Of a stretch of DNA of 64,000 bases, positions 40,449 to 50,199 are shown one piece after another (position 1 is the stretch's first letter; each line of letters begins with the position of its first letter). The stretch comes from Polyangiaceae bacterium. GTDB lineage: Bacteria > Myxococcota_A > Polyangia > Polyangiales > Polyangiaceae. The position numbers were made by a program, and so were the translations under genes. Below the pieces are notes generated by a model, which had not been told where the DNA came from, did no database searches, and saw nothing but the letters and a program-made list of their open reading frames with translations. The stretch lies in NCBI GenBank assembly GCA_050287085.1, contig JBNKBE010000024.1, positions 1 through 64,000 of the forward strand. Reading direction: 5' to 3'.

Positions 40449-41504
40449 ATGACGTTGCCGGCGATCCGAGAGCAGGTCCCCCTAGGACCCATGACCACCA
40501 CTGGGCTCGGGGGCCGGGCGCGATTCCTCGCGGAGCCACGAAACGAAGCGGAGCTCGCCGCCACCCTGAGCTGGGCTACGGGAGGGGGCGTCGACGTATT
40601 TGTGTTGGGGGGCGGGAGCAACACCGTATGTGCTGACGCAGGGGTGGACGGGCTCGTCGTGCGCTACAGGGCCCAAAGCATCAGCGAATCCCCCACGCGG
40701 CCGGGCCTCGTGACAGCCGACGCCGGTGCCGAGTGGGATCAAGTGGTGGCGTGGAGCGTGGAACGTGGCCTCAGCGGGATCGAATGCCTGAGCGGGATCC
40801 CGGGTTCGGCGGGAGCTACCCCCATTCAGAATGTCGGCGCCTACGGACAAGAAATCAGCGAGGTGCTGGAAAGCGTGGAAGCGTGGGATCGTCACGCGCA
40901 GCAGTCCACCGTCTTGAGCCACGCGGACTGCGAGTTTGCCTACCGCAACAGTCGCTTCAAGGGGCGAGATCGAGGGCGTTATGTCGTCACCCGCATCACC
41001 CTCCGCCTAACGCCGAAGGGCTCACCGGCCATTCGCTATCCGGAGCTAGCCCGGCGACTCGAGGGTGAATCCCATCCCAGCCCCGCTCGGATCCGCGAGC
41101 ACGTGCTCGCCGCTCGCCGCGCCAAGTCGATGGTCTATGAACCTAGCGATCCAAACCATCGCAGCTGCGGCTCATTTTTCCTAAACCCGGTGATCTCGGA
41201 GATGGACTACCAGCGGGTGAGCGATAGGGCCAAGACGCCCCCACCCCGTTATCCAGCAGCGGCGGAGCGCGTGAAGGTTCCGGCAGCCTGGCTGATCGAG
41301 CAGGCGGGCTTTCGCAAAGGGCAGCGAGCCGGAAACGTCGGGTTGTCCTCGCGCCACACGCTTTGCTTGGTATGCCACGACGGCGCAACAAGCGGCGAGT
41401 TGGTTCGCTTCGCCAGCCAGATCCAAGCGCAGGTGTTGGAGCGCTTTGGGATCGCCTTGACGCCCGAGCCCGAGTTCTGGGGGCTCGAAGCACCCACGGC
41501 GTGA
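40449..41504 (+). CDS. murB: UDP-N-acetylenolpyruvoylglucosamine reductase
   Basis: LGGGSN, SGIPGSAGATPIQNVGAYG, FAYRNS.FK, SCGSFFLNP, AAWLIE, EPE. Confidence 0.95.
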   Translation: MTLPAIREQVPLGPMTTTGLGGRARFLAEPRNEAELAATLSWATGGGVDVFVLGGGSNTVCADAGVDGLVVRYRAQSISESPTRPGLVTADAGAEWDQVVAWSVERGLSGIECLSGIPGSAGATPIQNVGAYGQEISEVLESVEAWDRHAQQSTVLSHADCEFAYRNSRFKGRDRGRYVVTRITLRLTPKGSPAIRYPELARRLEGESHPSPARIREHVLAARRAKSMVYEPSDPNHRSCGSFFLNPVISEMDYQRVSDRAKTPPPRYPAAAERVKVPAAWLIEQAGFRKGQRAGNVGLSSRHTLCLVCHDGATSGELVRFASQIQAQVLERFGIALTPEPEFWGLEAPTA

Positions 41505-41686
41505 GGCGCTCGCAGCGACGCCGACTGACCCGCCTGTTGGCCCCAGCCAACAGCAGAGCCAGCAGGCTGTTGGTCCATGACAACGCAGCGGCCGAAGCGG
41601 GGCGCCCTGCGCGTCGCTGGCGGCCCCAAAGCGGCCTACAAACGCTGGACGCCACAACTGGCACGACCCGTGCAGCGTTCGCAAAT

Positions 41687-42610
41687 ATGAACTGCACCCT
41701 GAATCCGAGCCTTCCCTCCTGTCGAGACGCGTCAGCGCGCGCTGCCAGCGGAAACCAGCGGCGTCGACTCCAAGGGCCCCAAGCGCCCACCCACCGCCGC
41801 GCGCCGCGGCGATGGGCTGCTGTGCTGGGGATACCGGCGTTGCTCACCGCGGCGAGCTGCGCCCCCACCCTGACGCGCGAGGAGGCTCAAGAAGCCGTGG
41901 ACGAGATTCAGTTCGCATCCGAGGGAGCTGCCCTGAGCAGTGAACACATCGAGCTCAGCACAAGCTTCACGCTGGGCCAGGGGCTGCGCAGCGCCGGGAG
42001 CGCGCTCGTGAGCACCTTGCGCGAGAACCTGCCCTGCGCCGCCATCACGCTCGACGCCGACCAACCGAGCGTGACGGTCGACTACGGCACTCGCAGTGAG
42101 GCGTGCACAAGCGAAGCCCGCACGCCACTCAGCGGTCGGCACACGATCTCCATCGCTCGCGCCGACGCGGACGAAGTGATCGTCGACCACGTCTTTGACG
42201 CGCTCGCGACCGAGCGGGTGGAGCTCAGCGGAACCGCCACCGTCACGTGGAACACCGAAGACAAGACGCGACACGTAGTTCACGACTCCGTCTGGACGCG
42301 CAAGAGCGATGGGCATAGCGCCGAGGGCAGCGGGGAGCGCACGCAACGCGCGCTCCCCGGGGGGCTCAAAGACGGGTTTGCGGTCAGCGGCCACCGAACC
42401 TGGAGCGGTCCGCGCGGCACGTGGAAACTCGACATCAACGACGTCGAGATGCGCTGGGAGGATCCAGTGCCCCAGGCCGGAAGCTACCAACTCGAAACGC
42501 CCAGCGGCGTCGAGATCGAACTCCGCTTCAAGCGAGAGTCTGAAAACGCCATTGCGGTGACGGCCGAAGGACCGCGACGCTCGTTCGAGTTTGTGGTGCG
42601 GCGCAAGTAG
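41687..42610 (+). CDS. Hypothetical lipoprotein (start uncertain)
   Basis: Lipobox AASC; beta-rich body; fills the gap between murB and the response regulator. Confidence 0.55.
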   Translation: MNCTLNPSLPSCRDASARAASGNQRRRLQGPQAPTHRRAPRRWAAVLGIPALLTAASCAPTLTREEAQEAVDEIQFASEGAALSSEHIELSTSFTLGQGLRSAGSALVSTLRENLPCAAITLDADQPSVTVDYGTRSEACTSEARTPLSGRHTISIARADADEVIVDHVFDALATERVELSGTATVTWNTEDKTRHVVHDSVWTRKSDGHSAEGSGERTQRALPGGLKDGFAVSGHRTWSGPRGTWKLDINDVEMRWEDPVPQAGSYQLETPSGVEIELRFKRESENAIAVTAEGPRRSFEFVVRRK

Positions 42611-42686
42611 CCGCCGCGGGCGTGCTCGCCGACAGGGCCTACCGGCGCCCTCGGCCCCGCAGCCGCGCAGCCCGCGCCGGCGCTGC

Positions 42687-43247
42687 CTAGCGAGCGGTTT
42701 TCGCCGCACTCGTCTCGAGCTCGGCGATGCGCGCGAGCAGCACCTGGTTTTCGCTCCGCAGCGCAAGCCCGCGCGACCGCTCCACCACCAGCTCTCGTTT
42801 CAGCCGCGCCACATCGAGGTGCGCGCCCAGACGACGTTTGAGCTCCTCGGCGTGCAGGGGCTTGACGACGTAGTCAACCGCCCCGGCGCCAAAGGCCTGA
42901 CGACGGTTGAAGTCAGTGCCCAGCCCAGAAACGAAGACGACCGGGATATCCGCGGTAGCGGGCTCAGCTTTCAACAGCTCACACACCTCGATCCCGTCGC
43001 GCACCGGCATGTGCATGTCGAGCAGCACCGCGTCCGGCGATTGTTCGCGCGCCAGTTGCAGAGCCGCGACGCCATCGATGGCTGACAACACATCAAAACC
43101 CGACTCGCGAAGGGCCCGCACCACGAGCTCGAGGCTGACGGGATTATCGTCCGCGACCAGAACGCGGGGAGCCCGCGGAGTACTTCGCTCCCTGAGCGAC
43201 GAGTCCTCGGCCCTCTCAGCGTCTTCGACCAGCCGTGCTCCAGCCAT
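42687..43247 (-). CDS. Response regulator (receiver domain plus short coiled coil)
   Basis: VLVADDN, LLDMHMP..DG, IPVVFVS, GAVDYVVKP. Confidence 0.88.
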   Translation of the reverse strand: MAGARLVEDAERAEDSSLRERSTPRAPRVLVADDNPVSLELVVRALRESGFDVLSAIDGVAALQLAREQSPDAVLLDMHMPVRDGIEVCELLKAEPATADIPVVFVSGLGTDFNRRQAFGAGAVDYVVKPLHAEELKRRLGAHLDVARLKRELVVERSRGLALRSENQVLLARIAELETSAAKTAR

Positions 43248-43545
43248 AGTTCCCCCTCGGAAGCGACGCCAGCGCGGCGCGCGTGATATCTCCACCCCAA
43301 GCAGCGCCCCGGAGGCACCTCGCTCAGCCTGTCACGACAAGGGCGCAACGCCAACTGCTCACTCTTCCCCGCGTTCGGCCACAACCCCAACCCTCAAAGC
43401 GCGCGGGCGCCGAAGGGCGCGCGGCGGGGGAACGAGCGAATTGGCAGCCCCGGCCTCAAATCCAAGGGCTCCCCGCCTTGTACAGCTGGGCGCCCGCTCA
43501 AAATTCGATTTCGCCCTCGAGCTCGCCTCTGGCCAACACAAATGC

Positions 43546-43573
43546 TTGACGTCAGAAACGGGCCGGCTATGTT
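43546..43573 (+). promoter_or_regulatory. Putative sigma70 promoter of tRNA-Asn
   Basis: TTGACG-N16-TATGTT followed by a GC-rich discriminator, 46 nt before the tRNA. Confidence 0.55.
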
Positions 43574-43619
43574 TCCCGCCCCGCTGCCCAGCGGGCCCCG
43601 CGCAAGCGGCCTCAATCAT

Positions 43620-43695
43620 TCCAGAATAGCTCAGTTGGTAGAGCGGTCGGCTGTTAACCGATTGGTCGTAGGTTCGAGTCCTACTTCTGGAGCCA
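43620..43695 (+). tRNA. tRNA-Asn (GTT)
   Basis: 76 nt; acceptor stem TCCAGAA/TTCTGGA; D arm GCTCAGTTGGTAGAGC; anticodon loop CTGTTAA; GGTTCGAGTCC; encoded CCA. Confidence 0.98.
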
Positions 43696-43738
43696 TTTAC
43701 GGCGGTCCACCAAGAGGTGGGCCGCCACCAGTTCACAG

Positions 43739-43772
43739 AAGCCCCGGTCGGAAACGCCCGGGGCTTTTTCTT
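43739..43772 (+). terminator. Intrinsic terminator after tRNA-Asn
   Basis: GCCCCGG...CCGGGGC stem followed by TTTTTCTT. A second hairpin precedes it at 43701-43726. Confidence 0.75.
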
Positions 43773-44046
43773 GTATCCCCCAGTCTTCGCAGGCTTCTAC
43801 GCGACCCGTGACGGTCGCGATGCTCTCGGCCGCGAGCTCGCAGAGATCACGCGCGGTCACGACGACGGTGGTCTCGGGGCGTCCTCGGCTCTCTGTCTCT
43901 GAGATCGGGGAGAGAGCGCGGGGGCCTGGTTTACAGCGCGGCCCGTTTCGTCGGCGGGAGGCTCGAAGGCGGGTTTACTGCGCGATGGGGACACGCTCCG
44001 GTCTCCGAACGGGCAACGAACGCTACTGGACCGGCGCCGCGGCGCA

Positions 44047-47000
44047 TCAGCCGCCTTCGCCGCTCGGGGGCGCTGAGCTTCCAGAGCCCTCATAGGTCGA
44101 GTTGAACACCATGTCCGAGAGCCAGCGCTTGAAGCTCTCGTTGTCGCTGAATTGCTTGAAGAGCTGGGTGTCGTCCTTCATCAGGCTGATCAGGACGCGC
44201 TGGAGGGCCTTATCGTGCTCGATGCGGGCGTTGGTACGATCCGGGCGCTTCCTCGCGTTCTGGTAGGCTGGGTCGGCCGCGACACGCTCGGGGATCTCTT
44301 CGGTGATCAGCTTGCGAACCCGATCGGCGTCCTCCCACGGGATGTTGCCGAAGAGGTCGTTGAAGGCCTTGATGATGTTCGACAGCAGGTCGAGCTCGGG
44401 CTCGGGCTTGAAGCCGCCGCCAGCGACCGGTGCGGGCTCGATCTCCGCGTCAGCGTCCGGCAACTGGATCCGCATCGATGCCTGCTTCTCAACGCGGTAG
44501 CTGTCCATGTCAATTGCTTCGAGAATCCCCTTCGAGAGGTCCTCTTCCTTCGGGGATGGCAGCTTGGGCACCAGGAAGTTCAGGAAGATCGAGAGCTTCT
44601 CCCATGCGGCGTTCGTGTACGGCAGAATGGACGAGAGAAAGCCGTAGGCGCGGATGAAGGCCTTCGCTTTTCCCTTGAAGCCGACCTGCCCATCCTCGTC
44701 GAGCTGACCGACGTAGACGGCCACGCACACGTCCAGGATGGGATCCAGCTTGTCGCGCGGCTCTTCGTCCAGGTAACGACGCACCAGTTCTTCCACCTGG
44801 GCGTCGTCGTAGACCTGCGCGCCGTCGAGGTCAGCTTTCAGATCGTGGAGCTTGTTGGGATCGGTTTCTCCGCTCAGAACGGTCGTGCGAAAGAACGGCT
44901 CGAACGACTTCTCGATGGCCTCGCTGTCGTTCATGAAGTCCAGCACGAACACGTCGTGCTTCTTGGGATGGGCACGATTCAGACGAGAGAGGGTCTGAAC
45001 AGCCTTGATGCCGGACAGCGTCTTGTCGACGTACATGGTGTGCAACAGCGGCTCGTCGTAGCCCGTCTGGAACTTGTCGGCGCAGATTAGGAATCGGTAC
45101 GGGTCTTCAGCGACCTTGTCCGCGATTAGGCTCGACGGAAACCCGTTCAGACTGGCTTCGGTCACCTTGACACCGTCGTACTCGGGCTCGCCGGAGAATG
45201 CGACAATTGCCTTGTAGGGACTCTTGCGCTCCTCGAGGTACGCGGTGATGGCGTGAAAGTACTGGATCGCCCTCTGAATGCCATTGGTCACCACCATGGC
45301 GCGAGCCTCGCCGTCGATCTTGCGGCGATCGATCACCTGCTCGTGGAAGTGGTCGACCATGATCTCAGCTTTGAGTCGGATCGCATGGTCGTTGCTCTCG
45401 ACGTAGCGTCGAAGCTTCTTCTTGGCCCTCTTGGTGTCGAACTCCGGGTCAGCGCTGACGGTCTTCACGAGCTTGTAGTAGCTCTTGACCGGGGTGTAGT
45501 GGCGCAGCACATCAAGGATGAAGCCTTCCTGCGTGGCCTGTTTCATGGTGTAGCTGTGGAAGGGCCGTCGCTTGATCTCAGGACTGGTCTCAGCCACCTC
45601 ACCGAATAGCTCGATGGTCTTGCTCTTGGGCGTCGCGGTGAACGCAAAGTAGCTGGCGTTGGGCAGCATCTTCCGCGTCTCCATGATGCGGTTGATGCGG
45701 TCCTCGTACGTCTCCTCCTCCTCGGCGTCCTGCTCGGACAGTGCCATCGACATCTTTGCGGAAGTCCGCCCACCTTGACTGGAATGGGCCTCGTCGATGA
45801 TCACAGCGAAGGTGCGCGTGCGATGGGAGCTGCCCAGCTCTTCAAGTACAAACGGGAAGGTCTGAATGGTCGAGATGATGATCTTCTTGCCCGACTCCAG
45901 GAAGCTTCGAAGTTGCTTCGTCTTCGACTGACCACCCTCGGTGACTGCTCCCACGGTGGCCCCCACCTGCGCGAACTGCTTGATGGTGGCACGGATTTGC
46001 TGATCCAGGATTCGGCGGTCAGTGACGACGATGATGGAGTCAAAGGTCGGCTTTCCATCCTGCTGGAGGCGAATGAGCTGGTGCGCCAACCACGCAATCG
46101 AGTTTGACTTGCCGCTGCCCGCTGAGTGCTGGATCAAGTAGCGTCGCCCCGCCCCGCGCTCGCCGGCATCAGCGAGAAGCCGTCGCACGACATCAAGCTG
46201 GTGATAGCGCGGAAATATCTGGACGGTCTTCTTCTTGCCGGTCTTCTCGTTCTTCTCCTCGACGACTTGTGCGTAGTTCTCCAGGATGTCGGTGAGCCCA
46301 GTCGGCGTGAGTATGCGTTTCCAGAGGTAGTCGGTCTTGAGCCCCTCCGGGTTCGGGGGATTGCCCGCACCGTCGTTGTAGCCCTGATTGAACGGGAGAA
46401 ACCAGGATGCCTTGCCCTTGAGATGCGTGCAGAACCGGACCTCGTGGTCATCCACCGCAAAGTGGGCAACGCACCGGCCGAACTCGAACAGCTTCTCGCC
46501 GGGGAGGCGAGTGAGCTTGTATTGCTCGACGGCGTCGGCCACCGTCTGCTTGGTGAGGCTGTTCTTGAGTTCAAAGGTGGCTACGGGAAGTCCGTTGATG
46601 AAGATCGCGAAGTCGAGTGCCCGCTGCGTTTCGTCACGGCTGTACCGGAGCTGGCGAGCGACCGAGAACCGATTGCACCGAAACCGCTCTTCGGCGGCCA
46701 CGTTGCCCGGCGTGGGCGTGCCGTAGAAGAGGTCGACATGGTGAGGGCCGTGCTCGATGCCGTTCCGCAAAACATCGATGACGCCGCGCTTGCTGATCTG
46801 GCCTTGGAGCCGAGCGAGGAACTTTCGGCGAGTGGGGCCGTCGGCGGCCAGACCAAGCTCATCTACCAAGTCGTCCTGCGTGAGGCCGATGAACCCGGCG
46901 AGCTGCACCAAATCCACCGTGTACTCGCGATCGTAGTGGGTCGGATCACCAAGGATCCAGCCGGTGCCGCCGGCTACTGGCGCAGAGGTTCCCGTTGGCT

Positions 47001-47088
47001 TGTACGCCGGCACCAGGATGTCGGTCCGACCGGTCATGGCCCGGAGGATGAGCTCTTCGAGGCCCTTCTCGCTGGTGTCGGTCGTCAT
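44047..47088 (-). CDS. hsdR: Type I restriction enzyme, R subunit
   Basis: D...INGLP..TFELKN nuclease motif; QHSAGSGKS; IIDEAHSSQ; FAFTATPK; FQTGYDEP; QTLSRLNR. Confidence 0.95.
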   Translation of the reverse strand: MTTDTSEKGLEELILRAMTGRTDILVPAYKPTGTSAPVAGGTGWILGDPTHYDREYTVDLVQLAGFIGLTQDDLVDELGLAADGPTRRKFLARLQGQISKRGVIDVLRNGIEHGPHHVDLFYGTPTPGNVAAEERFRCNRFSVARQLRYSRDETQRALDFAIFINGLPVATFELKNSLTKQTVADAVEQYKLTRLPGEKLFEFGRCVAHFAVDDHEVRFCTHLKGKASWFLPFNQGYNDGAGNPPNPEGLKTDYLWKRILTPTGLTDILENYAQVVEEKNEKTGKKKTVQIFPRYHQLDVVRRLLADAGERGAGRRYLIQHSAGSGKSNSIAWLAHQLIRLQQDGKPTFDSIIVVTDRRILDQQIRATIKQFAQVGATVGAVTEGGQSKTKQLRSFLESGKKIIISTIQTFPFVLEELGSSHRTRTFAVIIDEAHSSQGGRTSAKMSMALSEQDAEEEETYEDRINRIMETRKMLPNASYFAFTATPKSKTIELFGEVAETSPEIKRRPFHSYTMKQATQEGFILDVLRHYTPVKSYYKLVKTVSADPEFDTKRAKKKLRRYVESNDHAIRLKAEIMVDHFHEQVIDRRKIDGEARAMVVTNGIQRAIQYFHAITAYLEERKSPYKAIVAFSGEPEYDGVKVTEASLNGFPSSLIADKVAEDPYRFLICADKFQTGYDEPLLHTMYVDKTLSGIKAVQTLSRLNRAHPKKHDVFVLDFMNDSEAIEKSFEPFFRTTVLSGETDPNKLHDLKADLDGAQVYDDAQVEELVRRYLDEEPRDKLDPILDVCVAVYVGQLDEDGQVGFKGKAKAFIRAYGFLSSILPYTNAAWEKLSIFLNFLVPKLPSPKEEDLSKGILEAIDMDSYRVEKQASMRIQLPDADAEIEPAPVAGGGFKPEPELDLLSNIIKAFNDLFGNIPWEDADRVRKLITEEIPERVAADPAYQNARKRPDRTNARIEHDKALQRVLISLMKDDTQLFKQFSDNESFKRWLSDMVFNSTYEGSGSSAPPSGEGG

Positions 47089-48143
47089 GCCTCAGCCCCG
47101 CTCAATGGTGCGCACCAGCCCTTACGCGAGAGAACATTCAGAGCCAGGTGGATTTGCCGGTCGGAGAATTGCCGCTTGCGGTCGTTCCAGCCGTGAATCT
47201 CGGAGATAACTTCGTCTGCGGATTGCGGTTGTTTGCGAGTGGCTACCCAGTGAACAGTCGACAGAAGCTCGAGCCCAAAGGGCGACTCGAAGCCGTCGAC
47301 GAGTTCGGAGACCTTCTGAAGGTGTGACCGCGTCGCCTCCTTGCCCTCGAGGAAGCTCTGAGCATCGCTCAGCGCCTTCGGGACGAGCTCGAGTTGCTTG
47401 TCCGGAGCGTCGCCACCATCGGCGTAACCGGAAACCATGTGGCCCTCGATGGCATTGAGGACGTGACGCAGGTTCTCTGCGTAAGGGCCGTAGTGCGCTT
47501 CTCTGTACTTGAGCTTCAGCGGCTCTCCAGCCTCTTGGAGGAAGTACATCAGCTTGTGTAGCTCGAGTAGCGTCACGAAAGGATCGAGCAGACCTGCTAG
47601 ATATCGGTCCATCAGCGTGACCAGCGCCGCGCGTCCCGGCGTCATGTTCGGGACGTCGCTGGACCGATTCGGTCGCTCGTTGGGCTTGGCGTCTCGCGGC
47701 TCGAAGACCACGACTCGCACGTCTTCGAGGTTACTCAGCGCGCCCTCGATGCGCGCTCGAACCTGATTCCAGTCGAGACCCCCAAGGCCTGCACCGAGTG
47801 GCGGAATCGCGATCGATCGGATACCGCGCGCGCGAATTTCTTCGGCCAGAGCGACGAGGCCCGACTCGATATCCTCCATCCTGCTCTTGCCACGCCAGTG
47901 CCGCTTGGTCGGGAAGTTGATGATGTACCGCGGGTTCATGAGACGGCCCGTCTCGAAGACGAACATCCGTCCCGGCTCCACCTGCTTGCGCTTGCACGCG
48001 GCCGCGTAGACCTTGAAGTTCTCCGGGTAGGTCTTCTTGAACTGCAGCGCGATACCGCGCCCCATGACGCCAACGCAGTTGACCGTGTTCACGATTGCCT
48101 CGCAGTCCTCTGCGAAGAGGTCTCCTGTCTTGTAGGTGATCAT
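47085..48143 (-). CDS. darG: DarG antitoxin (macrodomain DNA ADP-ribosyl glycohydrolase plus C-terminal domain)
   Basis: GDLF, VNTVNCVGVMGRGIALQFK, INFPTK.HW, SIAIPPLG.G.GGL.W; C-terminal KLMYFLQ, YGPY, GFESPFGLELLSTVHW. Alternative start at 48161. Confidence 0.93.
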   Translation of the reverse strand: MITYKTGDLFAEDCEAIVNTVNCVGVMGRGIALQFKKTYPENFKVYAAACKRKQVEPGRMFVFETGRLMNPRYIINFPTKRHWRGKSRMEDIESGLVALAEEIRARGIRSIAIPPLGAGLGGLDWNQVRARIEGALSNLEDVRVVVFEPRDAKPNERPNRSSDVPNMTPGRAALVTLMDRYLAGLLDPFVTLLELHKLMYFLQEAGEPLKLKYREAHYGPYAENLRHVLNAIEGHMVSGYADGGDAPDKQLELVPKALSDAQSFLEGKEATRSHLQKVSELVDGFESPFGLELLSTVHWVATRKQPQSADEVISEIHGWNDRKRQFSDRQIHLALNVLSRKGWCAPLSGAEA

Positions 48144-48160
48144 GGTCTTCTCCCTCTTCA

Positions 48161-48805
48161 TCAGTAGTACCAACCCGGTATCTGCTCGACTGGCGGTCGA
48201 TGGGCCGAGTGCTGGAGGCTCGCCAGCACCTTCGTCCGGGTGGCGATCGACTGCACCCCAACGCGCGTCACGAGTTCCCAGGGGAACTGCCGCTCCACGA
48301 GGAACTCGGCTTGTTTGCCCTCCTTGTGGGCTCGCCAGTCCGTGGCCTGAACCGCGGCCCAATCCACCTGATCGAGCTGAGCCAGGTCCGCCCGATCCTC
48401 GAAGTAGTAGGCGCCGGCATTGGAGAGCGTGAAAGCCCACCGCAGTCCGTTGCTCTCGGCCCACGACACAGTCGCCGCCAGGTCTGCCTCGAGGTGGACA
48501 ATCGGGCCTTGCCCCCCCCGATAGCTCAACTCGTGGTGATTGCTCTGGTAGAGCAGGTACAGCATGATCGAGCGAGGGCAGAAGTAGAACGGTACGCAAT
48601 CACCAACGTGAAGGCTCGGATGGCTGTCGAGAGTCAACTCCGTCAGTCGACGCTGTTTGATGTTGCTCATGCCGATCGTGGTGCCCGAGTTCCCAGCGCG
48701 CGCCACCATCGTCGCGTCGCACCAAAGCCACCCGTCGCCAAGGATCGACGGCAATCGATCCTCGTGGACGATGTGGTAAATCTTTGGCTGCGCGGGGACC
48801 GGCAT
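48161..48805 (-). CDS. darT: DarT DNA ADP-ribosyltransferase toxin (DUF4433)
   Basis: IYHIVH..RL.SIL, IK.RR, VPFYFCPRS.MLY, FT.SNAG, KQAEFLV with the catalytic Glu. Lies directly upstream of darG. Confidence 0.93.
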   Translation of the reverse strand: MPVPAQPKIYHIVHEDRLPSILGDGWLWCDATMVARAGNSGTTIGMSNIKQRRLTELTLDSHPSLHVGDCVPFYFCPRSIMLYLLYQSNHHELSYRGGQGPIVHLEADLAATVSWAESNGLRWAFTLSNAGAYYFEDRADLAQLDQVDWAAVQATDWRAHKEGKQAEFLVERQFPWELVTRVGVQSIATRTKVLASLQHSAHRPPVEQIPGWYY

Positions 48806-48807
48806 CT

Positions 48808-50199
48808 TCAGTTCTCCACGCCTTCGTCTTCGTCGAATTCGTCGCCCGAGTCCTCAGCGTCGATATCCATCTCTTCCGGGTGAATGAGCGAATCGGGCAG
48901 ATTGGAGGCAGCTTCCCGCACGTCGAGCTGCCCCGTCACAACGTCGGCGATGAGCCGGGACCGGTACTCACGTAATAGCTCTACCTCTCGGCGCGCTACG
49001 GACAATGCCGACTCGATCTCCGAGGACTCGACCTCTATCGCCCGGAGGATCTCCTCTTGCTCGTCCAACGGGGGAAGAGGTACCCACAATCTCCCAAACT
49101 GGTCGGTGTAGAGGCGCATGAATCCGGAGGACCCAGTACCGAGCCCCTTGGAGGCGAGACGAAACTCGGAGCACATCGCCTCAGTCTTGAAGAGACTCAG
49201 GTAGTACGAGGGGACGACGGTACTTGCTGGAACAAATACCGCGTAGTCGGGGCTGACGAGACCCGCCTGAGTCGGGACACCGAAGATCCCAATTGCCGCC
49301 CGCATACGGTTCATCACCAGCTGGCCTGGGACCACGTGCTTGTATCCGACAAGGGCGCTAGGCGGGATTGGCTTGTCGGAGACATCCTCATGCGGAACGA
49401 GCCCCTGATACATCCTAAGCGACAAGAGCGTTTCGGTTCCGGTCTCGCTCCGCTTGTTGACCTCGCGGAAGAGCGTCTTCAGTCGTCGAACTTCCCAATG
49501 CTCCGGTACGTCGCCAAGCCACTCAACGCCGGACGGCTTAAGGCGCGCACCGGGATTAACACCTTGAGTGACAGCACGATGGATGATGACCCGCTTCTGC
49601 TCCTCTAGCAGCTTGATGAGCTTCTTCTTCGCCTGGATGTAGCGTTGGATGCGGCCATTCGCGTAGCCGAGAAACCTGACGATTGCTGCTTGCTCTTCGA
49701 GCGGAGGGAGAACCGCCGTCACGCGCTTCAGGTGGGGCCAGTACAGGTTTCTCTGGATAGAACCCACGCCTTTGGAACACACCAGGTACTGACTGACCAT
49801 TGTGCGTTCCCGGAAGAGCAGGTTCGCAAAGTCCGGGCGAAGTCTAGAATTGAGTGACAGCACGAGGTACGCAGGGCTTACGATTCCTTTGTGCGCAGAA
49901 ACACCCACCGAGCCGCGCCACGCCTGCTGGTTGTTTAGGACGAAGTCCCCGGGGTCCACCGCTTGGTACTTCGACAGGTCCTTGCTGGTTGCGTTGGTTC
50001 TCTTCTCCTCTACGTCCGAAAAACGGACGACGCCGAGATGCAGGTACACAGAGAGTAGTTCCCGGTGCTCCTTGTTGGTTACAGACTTCGGACGAGCCAG
50101 CGCGCACAATGGCGCAGCATCCCAATGCGCTGGAATCTCAGGCAGCCACGAAATGGATGTGGGCCGCATCGTGGGATAGCCTTGCAGATCTTGAATCAC
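48808..50199 (-). CDS. hsdS: Type I R-M specificity subunit
   Basis: WL.EIP.HW and WLGDVPEHW; PPLEEQ and PPLDEQ; two TRDs; SRLIADVVTGQLDV. GTGA overlap with hsdM. Confidence 0.93.
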   Translation of the reverse strand: MIQDLQGYPTMRPTSISWLPEIPAHWDAAPLCALARPKSVTNKEHRELLSVYLHLGVVRFSDVEEKRTNATSKDLSKYQAVDPGDFVLNNQQAWRGSVGVSAHKGIVSPAYLVLSLNSRLRPDFANLLFRERTMVSQYLVCSKGVGSIQRNLYWPHLKRVTAVLPPLEEQAAIVRFLGYANGRIQRYIQAKKKLIKLLEEQKRVIIHRAVTQGVNPGARLKPSGVEWLGDVPEHWEVRRLKTLFREVNKRSETGTETLLSLRMYQGLVPHEDVSDKPIPPSALVGYKHVVPGQLVMNRMRAAIGIFGVPTQAGLVSPDYAVFVPASTVVPSYYLSLFKTEAMCSEFRLASKGLGTGSSGFMRLYTDQFGRLWVPLPPLDEQEEILRAIEVESSEIESALSVARREVELLREYRSRLIADVVTGQLDVREAASNLPDSLIHPEEMDIDAEDSGDEFDEDEGVEN

